DNA of 64,000 nt, taken from IMG/VR virus record IMGVR_UViG_3300027747_004519. The stretch is one strand, 5' to 3'. Position 1 is the stretch's first letter, and every line of letters begins with the position of its first letter. The position numbers were made by a program, and so were the translations under genes. Below are positions 17,209 to 27,177 of the stretch, piece by piece. The notes beneath the pieces are model-generated. The model was not told where the DNA came from. It made no database searches and saw only the letters and a program-made list of their open reading frames with translations. This DNA comes from an uncultured virus (IMG/VR IMGVR_UViG_3300027747_004519) (lineage: Duplodnaviria; Heunggongvirae; Uroviricota; Caudoviricetes).

Positions 17209-18318
17209 TTAAAGCCCCTTTTTAGATTTTGATTTAATATTCTTGTTCATCTCCATCCAAGCTTGATTATGATGGCTTTCATCAAAGAATCTTAAATAGG
17301 ATTCCCAGTGAATTTTTAAGCTGTGCCCCATCCACTTTGAGGCAATAGCGGCATCTACTCCCAATAAAGAGCAACGCACCGCATACGCGTCTCTAAAATG
17401 ATATGGACTCATTGTCCTTATTTTAAGTCGTTTTGTTTCTCTTAGAAAGAGTTTGTATATTCTAGTGCCGTAATCGTAGTTAATAAATCGTGTTTTGTAT
17501 ATCGGATCATGCTTTTCGTATAATTTCCAGCGATTTACCCAATCCCCAGGTACAGGATAAACTAACCGAGCGCCAGTTTTTGTATTGTCGCTTACCTTCA
17601 CAACATAAGGCTCTATATGCGCTCTGGAAAGATCTAATTCTATTAACTCATGACTGCGTAAACCATAGGCTGCAAGTGTGCCAAAAATCCACCTGTAATC
17701 CTCCTTGACTGAATCGACAAAATCAATTAGTTCTAAATCACTGGGAAGTTCTCGTTTGACTTTCACTTTCCAACTCACTTTTAATTGGTGTAAAGTGTTT
17801 GCTATGCCAGCAAATTTGAACAATTGAATATAGTAATTGAGCAGCATATCACGCCTAGGAGCATCTACCTGATAAGCGCTAATAATTGGAATTATGGCTT
17901 TTTCGCTTAAGGGCTCATCTGGAGCAAGTCGACTAAATGCGTTCCCATAACTAATCCCGTAAACATACTCTCGTTTAATGTTTTTTTGATGAGTAAGCCA
18001 GTAATGTTCTTCAAATTCTGCAATCCATTGAGACGCTGGCTTAGTGCCTAGTATGCCGTTTTGCAGGTAATCACCCCAGCTAAATTGATTGAGCACTAAC
18101 CTAGATTCAATCTCTTGAGCTCTAGCTAGAGCTATTTTTAATCCCTGTGGGTTGGCAGCTAAACCAGTGCTTAGCTCATATTGTCGAGGTAATACTCCCT
18201 CATTGGGTTTAGGCGGTAAAGTGCCCCTCAGATATACTCGATTATTTTTAATTCTTAATTTGATTTTGCTTAATCGCAGGTTGATTTTTATCAGTTCCTC
18301 TGTCAGCTTTTTGTCCAT
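17209..18318 (-). CDS. int: Tyrosine integrase, cyanobacterial XisA/XisC-like family
   Basis: YLRGTLPPKP arm domain; YGLRSHE, TKTGAR, YHFRDAYA, MGHS, catalytic Tyr in WESY. Confidence 0.92.
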   Translation of the reverse strand: MDKKLTEELIKINLRLSKIKLRIKNNRVYLRGTLPPKPNEGVLPRQYELSTGLAANPQGLKIALARAQEIESRLVLNQFSWGDYLQNGILGTKPASQWIAEFEEHYWLTHQKNIKREYVYGISYGNAFSRLAPDEPLSEKAIIPIISAYQVDAPRRDMLLNYYIQLFKFAGIANTLHQLKVSWKVKVKRELPSDLELIDFVDSVKEDYRWIFGTLAAYGLRSHELIELDLSRAHIEPYVVKVSDNTKTGARLVYPVPGDWVNRWKLYEKHDPIYKTRFINYDYGTRIYKLFLRETKRLKIRTMSPYHFRDAYAVRCSLLGVDAAIASKWMGHSLKIHWESYLRFFDESHHNQAWMEMNKNIKSKSKKGL

Positions 18319-18376
18319 TTTTTGCAGTTTTTTTGATTGTGATATTTTTTAGGATATCAATCAAATACACCAATAA

Positions 18377-18592
18377 ATGAAAAGTTTTACAATACAAGTA
18401 CAATGGATCGACGTGGCAACTGCTGCGCAATTATCAGGGATCAAGCAACATTTATTCTATTTGCAAATCCGCAAGGCTAAAAACTTTCCAGGACATAGCC
18501 CGTTTAAACGAGGTGAACATTGGCGCCAAGTCAGCGATAAAAAGCTTCAGATAAATATAGAAAAATGGCTGGAGGCTTTAGATAAACTGTAA
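18377..18592 (+). CDS. Excisionase-like winged-HTH protein
   Basis: Small, basic, divergent from int; WIDVATAAQLSG..FKRGEHWR. Confidence 0.6.
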   Translation: MKSFTIQVQWIDVATAAQLSGIKQHLFYLQIRKAKNFPGHSPFKRGEHWRQVSDKKLQINIEKWLEALDKL

Positions 18593-19236
18593 TGCAAGAT
18601 ATACCCAAACGCCAATATCCTTTTGTTCACCCCAGTTGGATTAGCAGCTATTTAGCTGGAGATAATCAATGTCAGCTAGCGATGTATTTTAAATCAAACT
18701 ATTTCCTCCCCAAGCGTCAATCGGATTTTAATTTGGAGGCTTACAAAATCAAACACAATACTCTGCTTGACCAGAGCGCACGTGAACTTACAGAGCAGGG
18801 CTATGACGTTTTTAGGGAGCATGAAAACGAGTACAGAGTCAACACTGAATCTGGGGTCATTCTTGCCTGCAAACCAGATATTGTAGCCAAAATGTTTGAC
18901 AAATATTTGGTGGTAGATATAAAAACTGGTAAACCCAGAGCCAAAGACATAGCACAAGTGCAATTGTATATGTGCACAATTCCTACTGTGACGCTTCACG
19001 GAATTAAAACTATACCAAGCGGACTAATAGTCTATCCTGACCATAGTTTTGAGGTTTATCCAAATTCTATTTCTACCAAATGGAAACGTTTTGTTACTAG
19101 GCTGTTAAAAACTGCAACGCAATCCGAATTACCACCAGCTAGCCCATCTTGCCATGAATGCAAATATTGCGCTGTGGCTTCGTTTTGTGATAAGAAAAGC
19201 AAATTAATACCGGAGGCTCAGGTAAGCTTTGAATAG
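18592..19236 (+). CDS. PD-(D/E)XK nuclease, Cas4-like
   Basis: KPDIV..VVDIKTG..QVQLY; Cys cluster C..CKYC....FC. Confidence 0.85.
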   Translation: MQDIPKRQYPFVHPSWISSYLAGDNQCQLAMYFKSNYFLPKRQSDFNLEAYKIKHNTLLDQSARELTEQGYDVFREHENEYRVNTESGVILACKPDIVAKMFDKYLVVDIKTGKPRAKDIAQVQLYMCTIPTVTLHGIKTIPSGLIVYPDHSFEVYPNSISTKWKRFVTRLLKTATQSELPPASPSCHECKYCAVASFCDKKSKLIPEAQVSFE

Positions 19237-19579
19237 CCCTGTTTTGACATTATCTAAATTGACCGCAATTACTATTATCAGTGGGATTACTCCAGAAAAA
19301 ACAGAGTTTTTTGAAAAAGCTAGTTTTTATTGGAGCTACCCAGAGCACCACTGGGTAAAACCTTGTAATAAATTTTCAGGAACCCTAAAATACTTGATCG
19401 AACATAATATGAAAACTGTTATCTGGACGGAAGTACTAGAAGTTATTGATTTAACTTTAAAATCCGAACCAGATGATGACAAGATTATGTTTTACCGATT
19501 AAGCAAATTTGGAACTCAAGCTTGTCACGGAAATTTACTTCGCAGGTTGCGATTTGAGCGCGGACTAGACGTTAGGTAA
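19229..19579 (+). CDS. Hypothetical protein
   Basis: ORF coupled to the nuclease gene. Confidence 0.55.
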   Translation: MNSPVLTLSKLTAITIISGITPEKTEFFEKASFYWSYPEHHWVKPCNKFSGTLKYLIEHNMKTVIWTEVLEVIDLTLKSEPDDDKIMFYRLSKFGTQACHGNLLRRLRFERGLDVR

Positions 19580-19594
19580 TTTAATTTTAAATTT

Positions 19595-19966
19595 TTATAT
19601 AAAATCTTTAAAATATTTAATTACACTTTCAGTTGTTAGGAAAACTTCTTTAGGATAAACAGCGCAATTAATAGAATTTATTTTAAAATTATCTATAAAA
19701 AAATTCATATCATGAACTGTCCTAGACTCTGGTTTTTTTCCAGACTTTTTAAGATGTTCAGATTGAAAAAGTCTCATTGCAGCAGTTAAAGGTATAGTAA
19801 ATACCCAAGATATGCAGTTTTTATGGTTACAAGCGGTAAGTTTATCAATATCGACGCTGCCAATAATATAACTTAAATTTTCTATAAATTGACTTTGTTT
19901 TAATTCAATATCTTCATAATTTAAATTAGTTTTAATAATTATTGTTATATATTTTTCGGTTAACAT
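19595..19966 (-). CDS. Hypothetical protein
   Basis: ATG with ribosome-binding site inside the 50-bp repeat. Confidence 0.6.
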   Translation of the reverse strand: MLTEKYITIIIKTNLNYEDIELKQSQFIENLSYIIGSVDIDKLTACNHKNCISWVFTIPLTAAMRLFQSEHLKKSGKKPESRTVHDMNFFIDNFKINSINCAVYPKEVFLTTESVIKYFKDFI

Positions 19967-20467
19967 ATGTTCCTTTATTTATCCTGTTTGTACTTGTAGC
20001 CTAATCTATATGCCCTAATCTTCTAAAGTTTATTAGTAGAAAAAACTTTGGACAAGCTTTTTCTTTTTTTATATCTTTCCAAAGCTTTAAATAAAAATCC
20101 TTTTCTTTTGGTTCTAAAAAAAAATAAATATCTGGATATCTATTGAAAATATCCTTATGTAATTCCCCTAAATTATTAAAATTTCCGCTTGCAACATCTT
20201 CATCCCCTATTTTAGTTAATTCCACCATTTTTAGATTAGTAACTACAACGTCTAAATACTTACAAAAAGGATCGATACCAACACGAGTTTTTGGACAAAA
20301 TCTTATTACACTATTTACTGAAAACCACATACTGTCCCCTGTTGGCTTTTGTAAAATTGAAGTTTTTTTGCCGTTTGCAATATCAGCAAAATATTCATTA
20401 GGTAGCATTAAATGTCTCATATGTTCCTTTATTTATCCTGTTTGTACTTGTAGCCTAATCTATATGC
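19964..20467. repeat. Exact 50-bp direct repeat (19964-20013 and 20418-20467) flanking the ASCH gene
   Basis: CATATGTTCCTTTATTTATCCTGTTTGTACTTGTAGCCTAATCTATATGC present twice. Confidence 0.95.
20001..20420 (-). CDS. ASCH/PUA-like domain protein
   Basis: YFADIANGKKTSI..DEDVASGNF.NLGEL. Confidence 0.7.
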   Translation of the reverse strand: MRHLMLPNEYFADIANGKKTSILQKPTGDSMWFSVNSVIRFCPKTRVGIDPFCKYLDVVVTNLKMVELTKIGDEDVASGNFNNLGELHKDIFNRYPDIYFFLEPKEKDFYLKLWKDIKKEKACPKFFLLINFRRLGHID

Positions 20468-21991
20468 TTCTTTTAGTTCTTTATCTTGTTCGTACGCGCG
20501 GTTTAATGTATAAGCTTTTTCTAGCTCGATGCCCAAATATCCTAAATGGTCTGGAGCAATTGTAGGGTTATCTGCTGCTATCTCTCTGACAATCGTCAAT
20601 GGCAATTTACCACGGTAAGTATTGAGAAGTTCGCCATTGCCAGCAGTTGTTTGGTGCACTATGATTTCTTGCAGATTGAACTCAACAATAAAGCTACCCA
20701 CAGGATCTGCAAAATTGGGCTTGCATAATTTCCTGTATTGCCTCTTTACAATTGCTTGGGCATCGTGCCAATCGTCTTGGTAAATATGGGCGCTCTGGCT
20801 AATTGTAATCAATTCCCCTGCCGATATATCAAGCTTTTGGGCTACCTCAATCTGAAGGCATCTAAGCGCCATGGTATTGGCTACCCAAGCGCTGTACATG
20901 TCGTTACTTCTGAAAGTGGCAGTCAAGGTTAATTTCCCCTGAACAACTCTAAACCAAAGGTGATTTAGACAAGGCGTATTCTTGGTTTGCTTGCCGTCAA
21001 TTGTTGGATCCCACAAGGAAATCGCAGCATTAGAGCAATTGAAATCTCCTCCACTTTTAGCGTCAGCGTTTAATTTTTCAATCACCTGCTCAACCTGATC
21101 CACGCCAAAATGTGACCTGATCCTTTGCCCGTAAGTATAGCTCACATCCCCAAGATTAGCAGGGTCTGAAAATTCAGCTAGATAGTTTTGAAAAAACTCT
21201 GGAGCAATTGGCAAGTAATCAGCAAACTCTAACCCATCTGGCTCTTCTGTAATCACTACAACCAAATCTATCAACTCACGCCACAACCCGTAACTACTTT
21301 CTCGGATTAATCCAGAAGTCGTTATCCTGTGGAGAATTTTAACCCAAGCTTGAGCTATGGTTTTTGTCTCAATTCTGTGAGCAAATGGAGAAGCTGGTAA
21401 AACCTTACTAGGAACAAACTCAGTCTCAGGATACGCTCTAGGATAAGCCCAGTGAGTTTTGATTTTGGTGATAGCATTGTTAACAACAAATGTTCTTGTG
21501 ACACAAGCTTCCACGCTGTAATTGAGTATGCAACTCACGTTCTGCCTGATATCCTCTAAAGCTTCACTAGGAATTTCAATATCAATATAAGCCCGGACTT
21601 GAGAATTCACTACCCAGCAGGGCTTACCAAGATCGCTAGATCCTTCTTCAAAACCCTTAACAAAAAAATCATACAAAGCTTGAACCCCACCGGCATTAAC
21701 ATCCTCTTTGGTGCATCCCACACACAAAATATGAGTGATATAGGGATTGGCTAGGATATTGCGCAATAGTGGAGATAGACCGCGAGTAGGGCTATACAAA
21801 TTACCAATAGCAGCGTAATAGTCCGGGTCAAGTTGCTTGGCTATTATTGCCGCTGGCGTCCATCCAGTTACTACCACAATAGAGCCATGTCCGCAAATTA
21901 CCTGATTACCCTGGTATAGCGGACGGTAGGTTTGATTTACTATCTGTTGATCCGAATCCGCCACGTTTGTTAAATCTGGGGTCATTTTCAA
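20429..21991 (-). CDS. thyA: Thymidylate synthase, cyanobacterial three-domain type (MtrA-like + ThyA + DUF4346-like)
   Basis: AAIGNLYS, YTYGQR, PCL, FRSNDM..W.AN, SAHIY, HLGYLGIELEKA. Confidence 0.88.
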   Translation of the reverse strand: MKMTPDLTNVADSDQQIVNQTYRPLYQGNQVICGHGSIVVVTGWTPAAIIAKQLDPDYYAAIGNLYSPTRGLSPLLRNILANPYITHILCVGCTKEDVNAGGVQALYDFFVKGFEEGSSDLGKPCWVVNSQVRAYIDIEIPSEALEDIRQNVSCILNYSVEACVTRTFVVNNAITKIKTHWAYPRAYPETEFVPSKVLPASPFAHRIETKTIAQAWVKILHRITTSGLIRESSYGLWRELIDLVVVITEEPDGLEFADYLPIAPEFFQNYLAEFSDPANLGDVSYTYGQRIRSHFGVDQVEQVIEKLNADAKSGGDFNCSNAAISLWDPTIDGKQTKNTPCLNHLWFRVVQGKLTLTATFRSNDMYSAWVANTMALRCLQIEVAQKLDISAGELITISQSAHIYQDDWHDAQAIVKRQYRKLCKPNFADPVGSFIVEFNLQEIIVHQTTAGNGELLNTYRGKLPLTIVREIAADNPTIAPDHLGYLGIELEKAYTLNRAYEQDKELKEAYRLGYKYKQDK

Positions 21992-22403
21992 TTAGGTTAA
22001 ATTCTGTAGTGATGTTGTGATGTATTACTAGTTGAGCTATAGCTTTTTCAGCTTTGAGCAGAATTGGCTTGTGCAAACTATATAAAGCCAGCAGTAGCTC
22101 TCCAGTGTAAGTGGGGTCGATAATGCCTACTGTATTAGCTAGCGCAACTCCCTTTTTTATTGTGGAGCTCCTAGGGTAAAGCCCAAACCAGTGATCAGTA
22201 GTTGGAGGGGCTAATATCACTCCAGTAGGCTGTAATGGTACGCGATACTCGTCCCGCTCATTGTCGTAGGGAATTTGGCTATAGGGATAGACCCAAGTGT
22301 CATGGGTCAGGTAAATATCAAAACCAACATCAGTAGGATTGTGCTTGATTAGTTGCTTCCCTGGACAATGCGGCAAGCGCAAATAATCTATTGAAATTGC
22401 CAT
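21906..22403 (-). CDS. dut: Trimeric dUTPase (likely start MAISID)
   Basis: GFDI, PRSS, GIIDPTYTGE, IAQLV, RGGFGST. Confidence 0.93.
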   Translation of the reverse strand: MAISIDYLRLPHCPGKQLIKHNPTDVGFDIYLTHDTWVYPYSQIPYDNERDEYRVPLQPTGVILAPPTTDHWFGLYPRSSTIKKGVALANTVGIIDPTYTGELLLALYSLHKPILLKAEKAIAQLVIHHNITTEFNLIENDPRFNKRGGFGSTDSKSNLPSAIPG

Positions 22404-22511
22404 AGCTCTCCACAAATTTGATTGATTTCTGTTCAATTTTATCAATAAGCTTAAACAGCAAAAAACCCCAGAAAAATTGGGGTTGTAAGTATATTTTGTT
22501 AGCAATAAATT

Positions 22512-22928
22512 TTAATTATATGCAAAGTTTTTAACTACTTGATTGCACCATTGGCTTCTTTCTTCAGGATCGTAACCACAAACTAAACACACGTCTAAAA
22601 CCTCACCAATTGGATTGACTGTCCACCAATAAAATTTTGTGTTTCCCAGCAAGGTTGTTTCGTTGTCTTCTGGCAACGTCGTATAGAATTTGACCTCTCC
22701 TTTTGGTGTGTTGACAACGCTTTTTAGAATTGCATAAAGATTTAATATTTCTGGAGTAACTTCATATTTGAATGCCGTATAAAGCAAATCTCCAGCTTGT
22801 ATTACGCCAACCTCCACCGGTTCTAATTCTTGTCTTGGGTGATTAATTTTGTTTAACGTGCACAAACGTGGTTGGCTGCCAATTACCCAAGACCATAACC
22901 TATCGGATTTTTGCATTTTAATCCACAT
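22512..22928 (-). CDS. Hypothetical protein
   Basis: ORF downstream of a TTGACT-17-TAAACT promoter; start uncertain. Confidence 0.55.
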   Translation of the reverse strand: MWIKMQKSDRLWSWVIGSQPRLCTLNKINHPRQELEPVEVGVIQAGDLLYTAFKYEVTPEILNLYAILKSVVNTPKGEVKFYTTLPEDNETTLLGNTKFYWWTVNPIGEVLDVCLVCGYDPEERSQWCNQVVKNFAYN

Positions 22929-23056
22929 TGATGTTCATTTCTAATCTCCTAATCTTTAACTTTTTGTAGTTTATGCGATATTTTTCAGAAAGTCAATACC
23001 TATTTTAAAGATTTTTCAATCAAGGTATACTAATAATATTTAATACTATTACAAAG

Positions 23057-23623
23057 ATGGTCTCTAAGCTACCAGAAGAAAATAAATCTTGGGCTCAGCT
23101 TGATAAGGAGCCACTTGATTGGTATTTAAAATTTATTGCCTATTACCTGCCTGGGGTGATAGATGAAAGCGACTCTCTTCAAAGCGCTTATTATAATTAT
23201 CTGCTATCTACCGGCAAAAAACCGGGGTCTCTCAGCGCTCTAAAGATTCCTAGAGAATGGATAAAAGTTTGCACTGATTACCAGTGGAGACAACGAGCTA
23301 TTGACTTCAAACGGGCTCAGGCTGCTGAAATAGTCGAGCGCGAATCAGCATTAATTTTCGATATTATCAAAAAACGAATAGAACTAGTCCAACTTGATAC
23401 AGAGCGCGTTGGCTATCTTGCCGAGCAATTTGATCAGGCTTATAGAGGTACCCATCTAGGTTTTAAGCGTCCAATCGATACTTTAAATTGTATCAAGGCA
23501 GCCCAAGCCCTGACCGAAAACAACCAACTGGCTATCAACCTGCTAGCTGAGCTCACTGGTATTAAAGAGCTGTTGGCAGAAAAAGAAAAACAACTCAGGG
23601 CTGCCGGTGAAACTAACTCTTAA
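23057..23623 (+). CDS. Probable terminase small subunit
   Basis: Directly upstream of and overlapping TerL; W....YQWRQRA..F motif. Confidence 0.65.
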   Translation: MVSKLPEENKSWAQLDKEPLDWYLKFIAYYLPGVIDESDSLQSAYYNYLLSTGKKPGSLSALKIPREWIKVCTDYQWRQRAIDFKRAQAAEIVERESALIFDIIKKRIELVQLDTERVGYLAEQFDQAYRGTHLGFKRPIDTLNCIKAAQALTENNQLAINLLAELTGIKELLAEKEKQLRAAGETNS

Positions 23624-25046
23624 AGATTGGGGGCAACGGGTTTATCTAGATCGGACTTACCGTAACAGTCCCTCGCAAGCCAACAAATCTCACTTGTTAC
23701 CTATCCCCACAACTTGGCTAGAGTTTGCCAAGATTTGCAAGATTCGTTCTGGCGATGGGATTATATTTTTTGATCCCTATGAGTATCAAGTCAGGTTAAT
23801 ACAGCAAATTGAGACTCATCCTACTACAGTAATTACCAAAACTCGGCAGCTAGGAATCACCGAAACAATAATCAACTATTTTCTATTCAAAGCTTTAAGC
23901 AACCCCGGATACCTAGCAGTAGTATTTTCCAAATCCCAATCTGATACCAGTAATATCGCTAAAAGACTTAGGCGGACTATTGAGTTTTTGTATCAGTACT
24001 GCGAAACTAAAACCGACTCACTGACCGATATTGAATTTAAAAACGGTGGCAGAATCCTTTTTAGAAACTCTACTCCCAATGGCGCCAGGGGACTAGAATC
24101 TGTATCCGACATTTTATTTGACGAATCGGCATTTGTGGAGGAAATAGAGGAAATCTACAAAGCGTCGATCCCCTGTACCACGATGATGGGCGACCGTGCC
24201 AAAATTATCATCCTCTCTACCCCTAACGGGCAGTCAGGCTGGTATTGGGACAAGCTGGCTAACAATAACGATAACGTGGACATATTGGAGCTTTGCGAGA
24301 AAATCAAAGCTGAGGAAGTGGTACCCTGCCAATACTGGACTGATAAAAACAATTGGTGCAAATTTGTCCTTCACTGGTTAGATCATCCTAAATTTAAGCT
24401 CAAAAAAGCCACTTATTTGGAGGATTTACAAAAGCAGTATGGCGCTCCGATGGAAGTAATCGAGCAGGAATATAATTTGTCGTTTACCAGTGCCGAGTCC
24501 ATAATATTTAGTAATGATTTAATACGCACTGTCAATACAGGTAACTGGGAAAAAGAAGTAGACCTCGACGCGTCTTACTATATCGGCATTGATACTAGCT
24601 TATTGGGCTTAGATTATTGCGTGGCAACTGTTTTAAAATCCACTGGGGATAAATTGTATTTGGTGGATATGTATCGCAAACGCAAGCAAACTAACGATTA
24701 TCATATTTACCAGTTAACCGAATTAATACAAAAATATAACCCTGTAGCTGTGGGAATTGAGGTGAATAGCGGAGGACAAATTTATTTTGAACAGCTTACA
24801 AAATCTAACATCAATACCAATATTGAGCCAGTAAAAACCACTGCTGTGTCCAAGCCAGTGTTTATTAACAGGCTACTGCTAATACTGGAAAAAACGCAGC
24901 TTATAATCCCTAATGACCGGGTTGTGATAGAGGAATTCCTAAGCTTTAGAAATACCGATGGGAAGCTTCAAGCCATCGCTGGCAGGCACGATGATATCAT
25001 TATGAGCTTAGCTTTTGCATTGTCAATAACTCAGGTTGTTGTGTAA
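23607..25046 (+). CDS. terL: Terminase large subunit
   Basis: KTRQLGIT, ILFDESAF, LSTPNG, IGIDTS, HDDIIMSLA. Confidence 0.95.
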   Translation: MKLTLKDWGQRVYLDRTYRNSPSQANKSHLLPIPTTWLEFAKICKIRSGDGIIFFDPYEYQVRLIQQIETHPTTVITKTRQLGITETIINYFLFKALSNPGYLAVVFSKSQSDTSNIAKRLRRTIEFLYQYCETKTDSLTDIEFKNGGRILFRNSTPNGARGLESVSDILFDESAFVEEIEEIYKASIPCTTMMGDRAKIIILSTPNGQSGWYWDKLANNNDNVDILELCEKIKAEEVVPCQYWTDKNNWCKFVLHWLDHPKFKLKKATYLEDLQKQYGAPMEVIEQEYNLSFTSAESIIFSNDLIRTVNTGNWEKEVDLDASYYIGIDTSLLGLDYCVATVLKSTGDKLYLVDMYRKRKQTNDYHIYQLTELIQKYNPVAVGIEVNSGGQIYFEQLTKSNINTNIEPVKTTAVSKPVFINRLLLILEKTQLIIPNDRVVIEEFLSFRNTDGKLQAIAGRHDDIIMSLAFALSITQVVV

Positions 25047-25115
25047 TTTCTGGTAAAAATTGGGGTTTTTAGGTCTTGATATTATTGAGGTTATCAATCA
25101 TACCGACAACCATAT

Positions 25116-25826
25116 ATGAGCAATCTTACAGCTTTTGATTTTAACTCCAATCAAGTCCGCACAGTGTCTATTGAAGGACAACCTTGGTTTGTTGCCAAGG
25201 ATGTGTGCAATGCTTTGGACATTCTCAATACCAGTCAGGTTGTGTCCAAATTAGATGAAGACGAAAAGCTGCTATATCTAATGTATATAGCAGGTCAACA
25301 ACGAGAAACAGTTTTGGTTTCAGAATCCGGCATGTATTCTCTCGTTCTCAAATCTCGCAAACCCGAAGCCAAAGCCTTTAAGAAATGGATTACCGCAGTA
25401 GTGCTCCCCTCAATCCGTCAAACTGGAGGCTATCAAGTTGAGCCTCAAACCCCTAGGCAGTTGCCACCGGTAAGAGACGTAGTGGATTATGCCAAATCGC
25501 TGGCTGTAATAACCACTACTGCCATGCCAGCAGCACTCAAGCAAGCTTTCCTAGATCGCCTTGGGGATGAGATGATTACTACTAAAATCCCTGGGCAAAT
25601 AGCCACCGCACCTAGATTAGTAGGAGTAGTGCAAAAAGCAGAAGAGCTAGGCTACAAATTGGATCACAGTCAGAGGGTGCGGATTGGCAAATTAGTAAAA
25701 GACACTGGACTTTCATATACCAGAGAGGAAAGATATTGCAACGGGCAAATGCGACCGATCAATTGCTACGAGGACGGGCCCGAACTAGAAAGCGCAATAC
25801 ACAGTGTTTTTGCCCAACTGAACTAA
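25116..25826 (+). CDS. BRO-N domain antirepressor-like protein
   Basis: PWFVAKDVCNAL..VSESGMYSLVLKSRKPEAKAFKKWIT..VLPSIRQTGGY. Confidence 0.92.
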   Translation: MSNLTAFDFNSNQVRTVSIEGQPWFVAKDVCNALDILNTSQVVSKLDEDEKLLYLMYIAGQQRETVLVSESGMYSLVLKSRKPEAKAFKKWITAVVLPSIRQTGGYQVEPQTPRQLPPVRDVVDYAKSLAVITTTAMPAALKQAFLDRLGDEMITTKIPGQIATAPRLVGVVQKAEELGYKLDHSQRVRIGKLVKDTGLSYTREERYCNGQMRPINCYEDGPELESAIHSVFAQLN

Positions 25827-25845
25827 GCTATACTATACACAACAC

Positions 25846-25895
25846 AACTCACCCAGCTATGTCGCAATAGGTACCTGCAAACGGTGGGTTCTTTT
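25846..25895 (+). ncRNA. Candidate small RNA, family 2, distant member
   Basis: TATACT at 25829; AACTCACC-CAG-CTATG...CTG-CAAAC-GGTGGGTT-CTTTT, same architecture as copies at 107-543. Confidence 0.5.
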
Positions 25896-25988
25896 GTGCT
25901 TATACACAAACGCACTACAGATCAATTATCCATACAGTAGATTGTACAGATATCAATACACTAAGTATATTTGCCTATAAAACAAGAT

Positions 25989-26255
25989 ATATGGAAACCT
26001 GATAAATCCGGCTGCTGGCGACAGAATATCTTATATATTCTATTTCAATACGATTACCGGTACGACACTCGATACGATTATCAATACAATATCCATACGG
26101 AAACCTGATGAATCCGGCTGCTATCGACAGAATATCTTATATATTCCCTTGTCGGTACGATTACCGGTACGATAACCCGTACAAATACCCGTACAGTATA
26201 TATACGAATTCCTGATAATTTCTGGCAAAATCGACAAAATATCTTATGTATTTCC
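25989..26255. repeat. Three about 52-bp imperfect repeats at 106-107-bp period, interspersed with about 12-bp TACGA units
   Basis: CCTGAT..CGACA(G/A)AATATCTTAT at 25998, 26104 and 26211. Confidence 0.85.
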
Positions 26256-26356
26256 CGGGTATCCGTACGTTTATCAATACGATTACCGACACATATAAGT
26301 AAAATCTCAAAATATCTAGAAATATATAAGAAAGTTTATAGAAAAATACCCAAAAT

Positions 26357-26401
26357 TAGGTATAAATACCTATTGATTTTCTAGGGTATATCGCATATTA
26401 T
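26357..26401 (+). promoter_or_regulatory. Operator palindrome TAGGTATAAATACCTA abutting a sigma70 promoter (TTGATT-17-TATTAT)
   Basis: Same operator at 37319, 41973, 59862 and 60131. Confidence 0.85.
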
Positions 26402-26431
26402 ATATATATAAGCCCGATAAGGAGGTTCGTT

Positions 26432-26680
26432 ATGTCCCAGTCCACCCAGTCCGTTTCCGAGTTCGTTCAAGCGCTTCGCGCTTCCCGCCAGCCCGAGTGG
26501 GCAGAGGCCGGTTTCTCCTCTTTTGAGGAGTTTGCAGCCCGTGAGTCTGCTCTTATGAGCACTCCCGTGCGCGTGTGGATCGAGTGGAAGCGTTTGTCCG
26601 CTATTGATACCGCCGCTGCGGATGCGTATATCCTTAGCGCGCCCATGATCGACGAAGATGGCGAGGAGTATTATCCCTAG
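26432..26680 (+). CDS. Small acidic orphan protein in a promoter-ORF-terminator cassette
   Basis: AAGGAGG ribosome-binding site; acidic C-terminus DEDGEEYYP. Confidence 0.8.
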   Translation: MSQSTQSVSEFVQALRASRQPEWAEAGFSSFEEFAARESALMSTPVRVWIEWKRLSAIDTAAADAYILSAPMIDEDGEEYYP

Positions 26681-26689
26681 GGGTTCGCC

Positions 26690-26717
26690 CTCCCCCGAAA
26701 GGGGGATTTTTTTTTGC
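26690..26717 (+). terminator. Intrinsic terminator, essentially identical copy at 59601-59627
   Basis: TCCCCC-GAAA-GGGGGA plus T9. Confidence 0.92.
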
Positions 26718-26826
26718 TCATAGGTAGGAATGCCTATGGGGTTTTTTATGGGCAATAGTATATATGCTGTTAGTAGTTGCGCACCAATGCCGTTTGACTG
26801 CTGCTATACATAAATCTCCTATTAAT

Positions 26827-27177
26827 TTAAAGCACTTTGTGCAACTCGGCAGCGGCCGCATCAACCCAAGGTCTAGCTGGAATTACCGTACCGCTTGCCA
26901 GTGTCGCGCCCTCATGTACTATGATCGCATGATCGCACTGATAGCTATAGACTACCTCGGTAGGAGATACTCGAGATACGTTTAGGCTATCGCGCAGCTC
27001 TCCAGTATCGACTATATCCCTGGGTGAACCTACTATAGAACCGTTGCGCCTGTGGGTATCGTTGGGCCATCCCCATTTTTGCTGGTCAATTTGGGCTAGT
27101 TGCTCTTGCTCAAACAATTCGACCACAGCTTGAAAATTTTGCTCTATTACGCTCTCTGCAAATTCCCAGTTAATCAC
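26827..27177 (-). CDS. HK97 gp10-like neck/tail-completion protein
   Basis: PRDIVDTGELRDS..HEG..PARPW. Confidence 0.75.
   Translation of the reverse strand: MINWEFAESVIEQNFQAVVELFEQEQLAQIDQQKWGWPNDTHRRNGSIVGSPRDIVDTGELRDSLNVSRVSPTEVVYSYQCDHAIIVHEGATLASGTVIPARPWVDAAAAELHKVL

Noticed and set aside
18592..19236. CRISPR adaptation Cas4
   Set aside because: No cas1/cas2 and far from the csf locus; solo Cas4-like nucleases are common in phages.
20429..21991. dCMP hydroxymethylase or hypermodified-base pathway
   Set aside because: The specificity position is Asn (W.AN), as in dUMP-using ThyA, and no glycosyltransferase or kinase partner is seen.
25989..26255. Degenerate CRISPR array or hammerhead ribozyme (CTGATGA at 26105)
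   Set aside because: The intervening parts are internally repetitive, the units are not hairpin repeats, and no correctly placed GAAA core follows.
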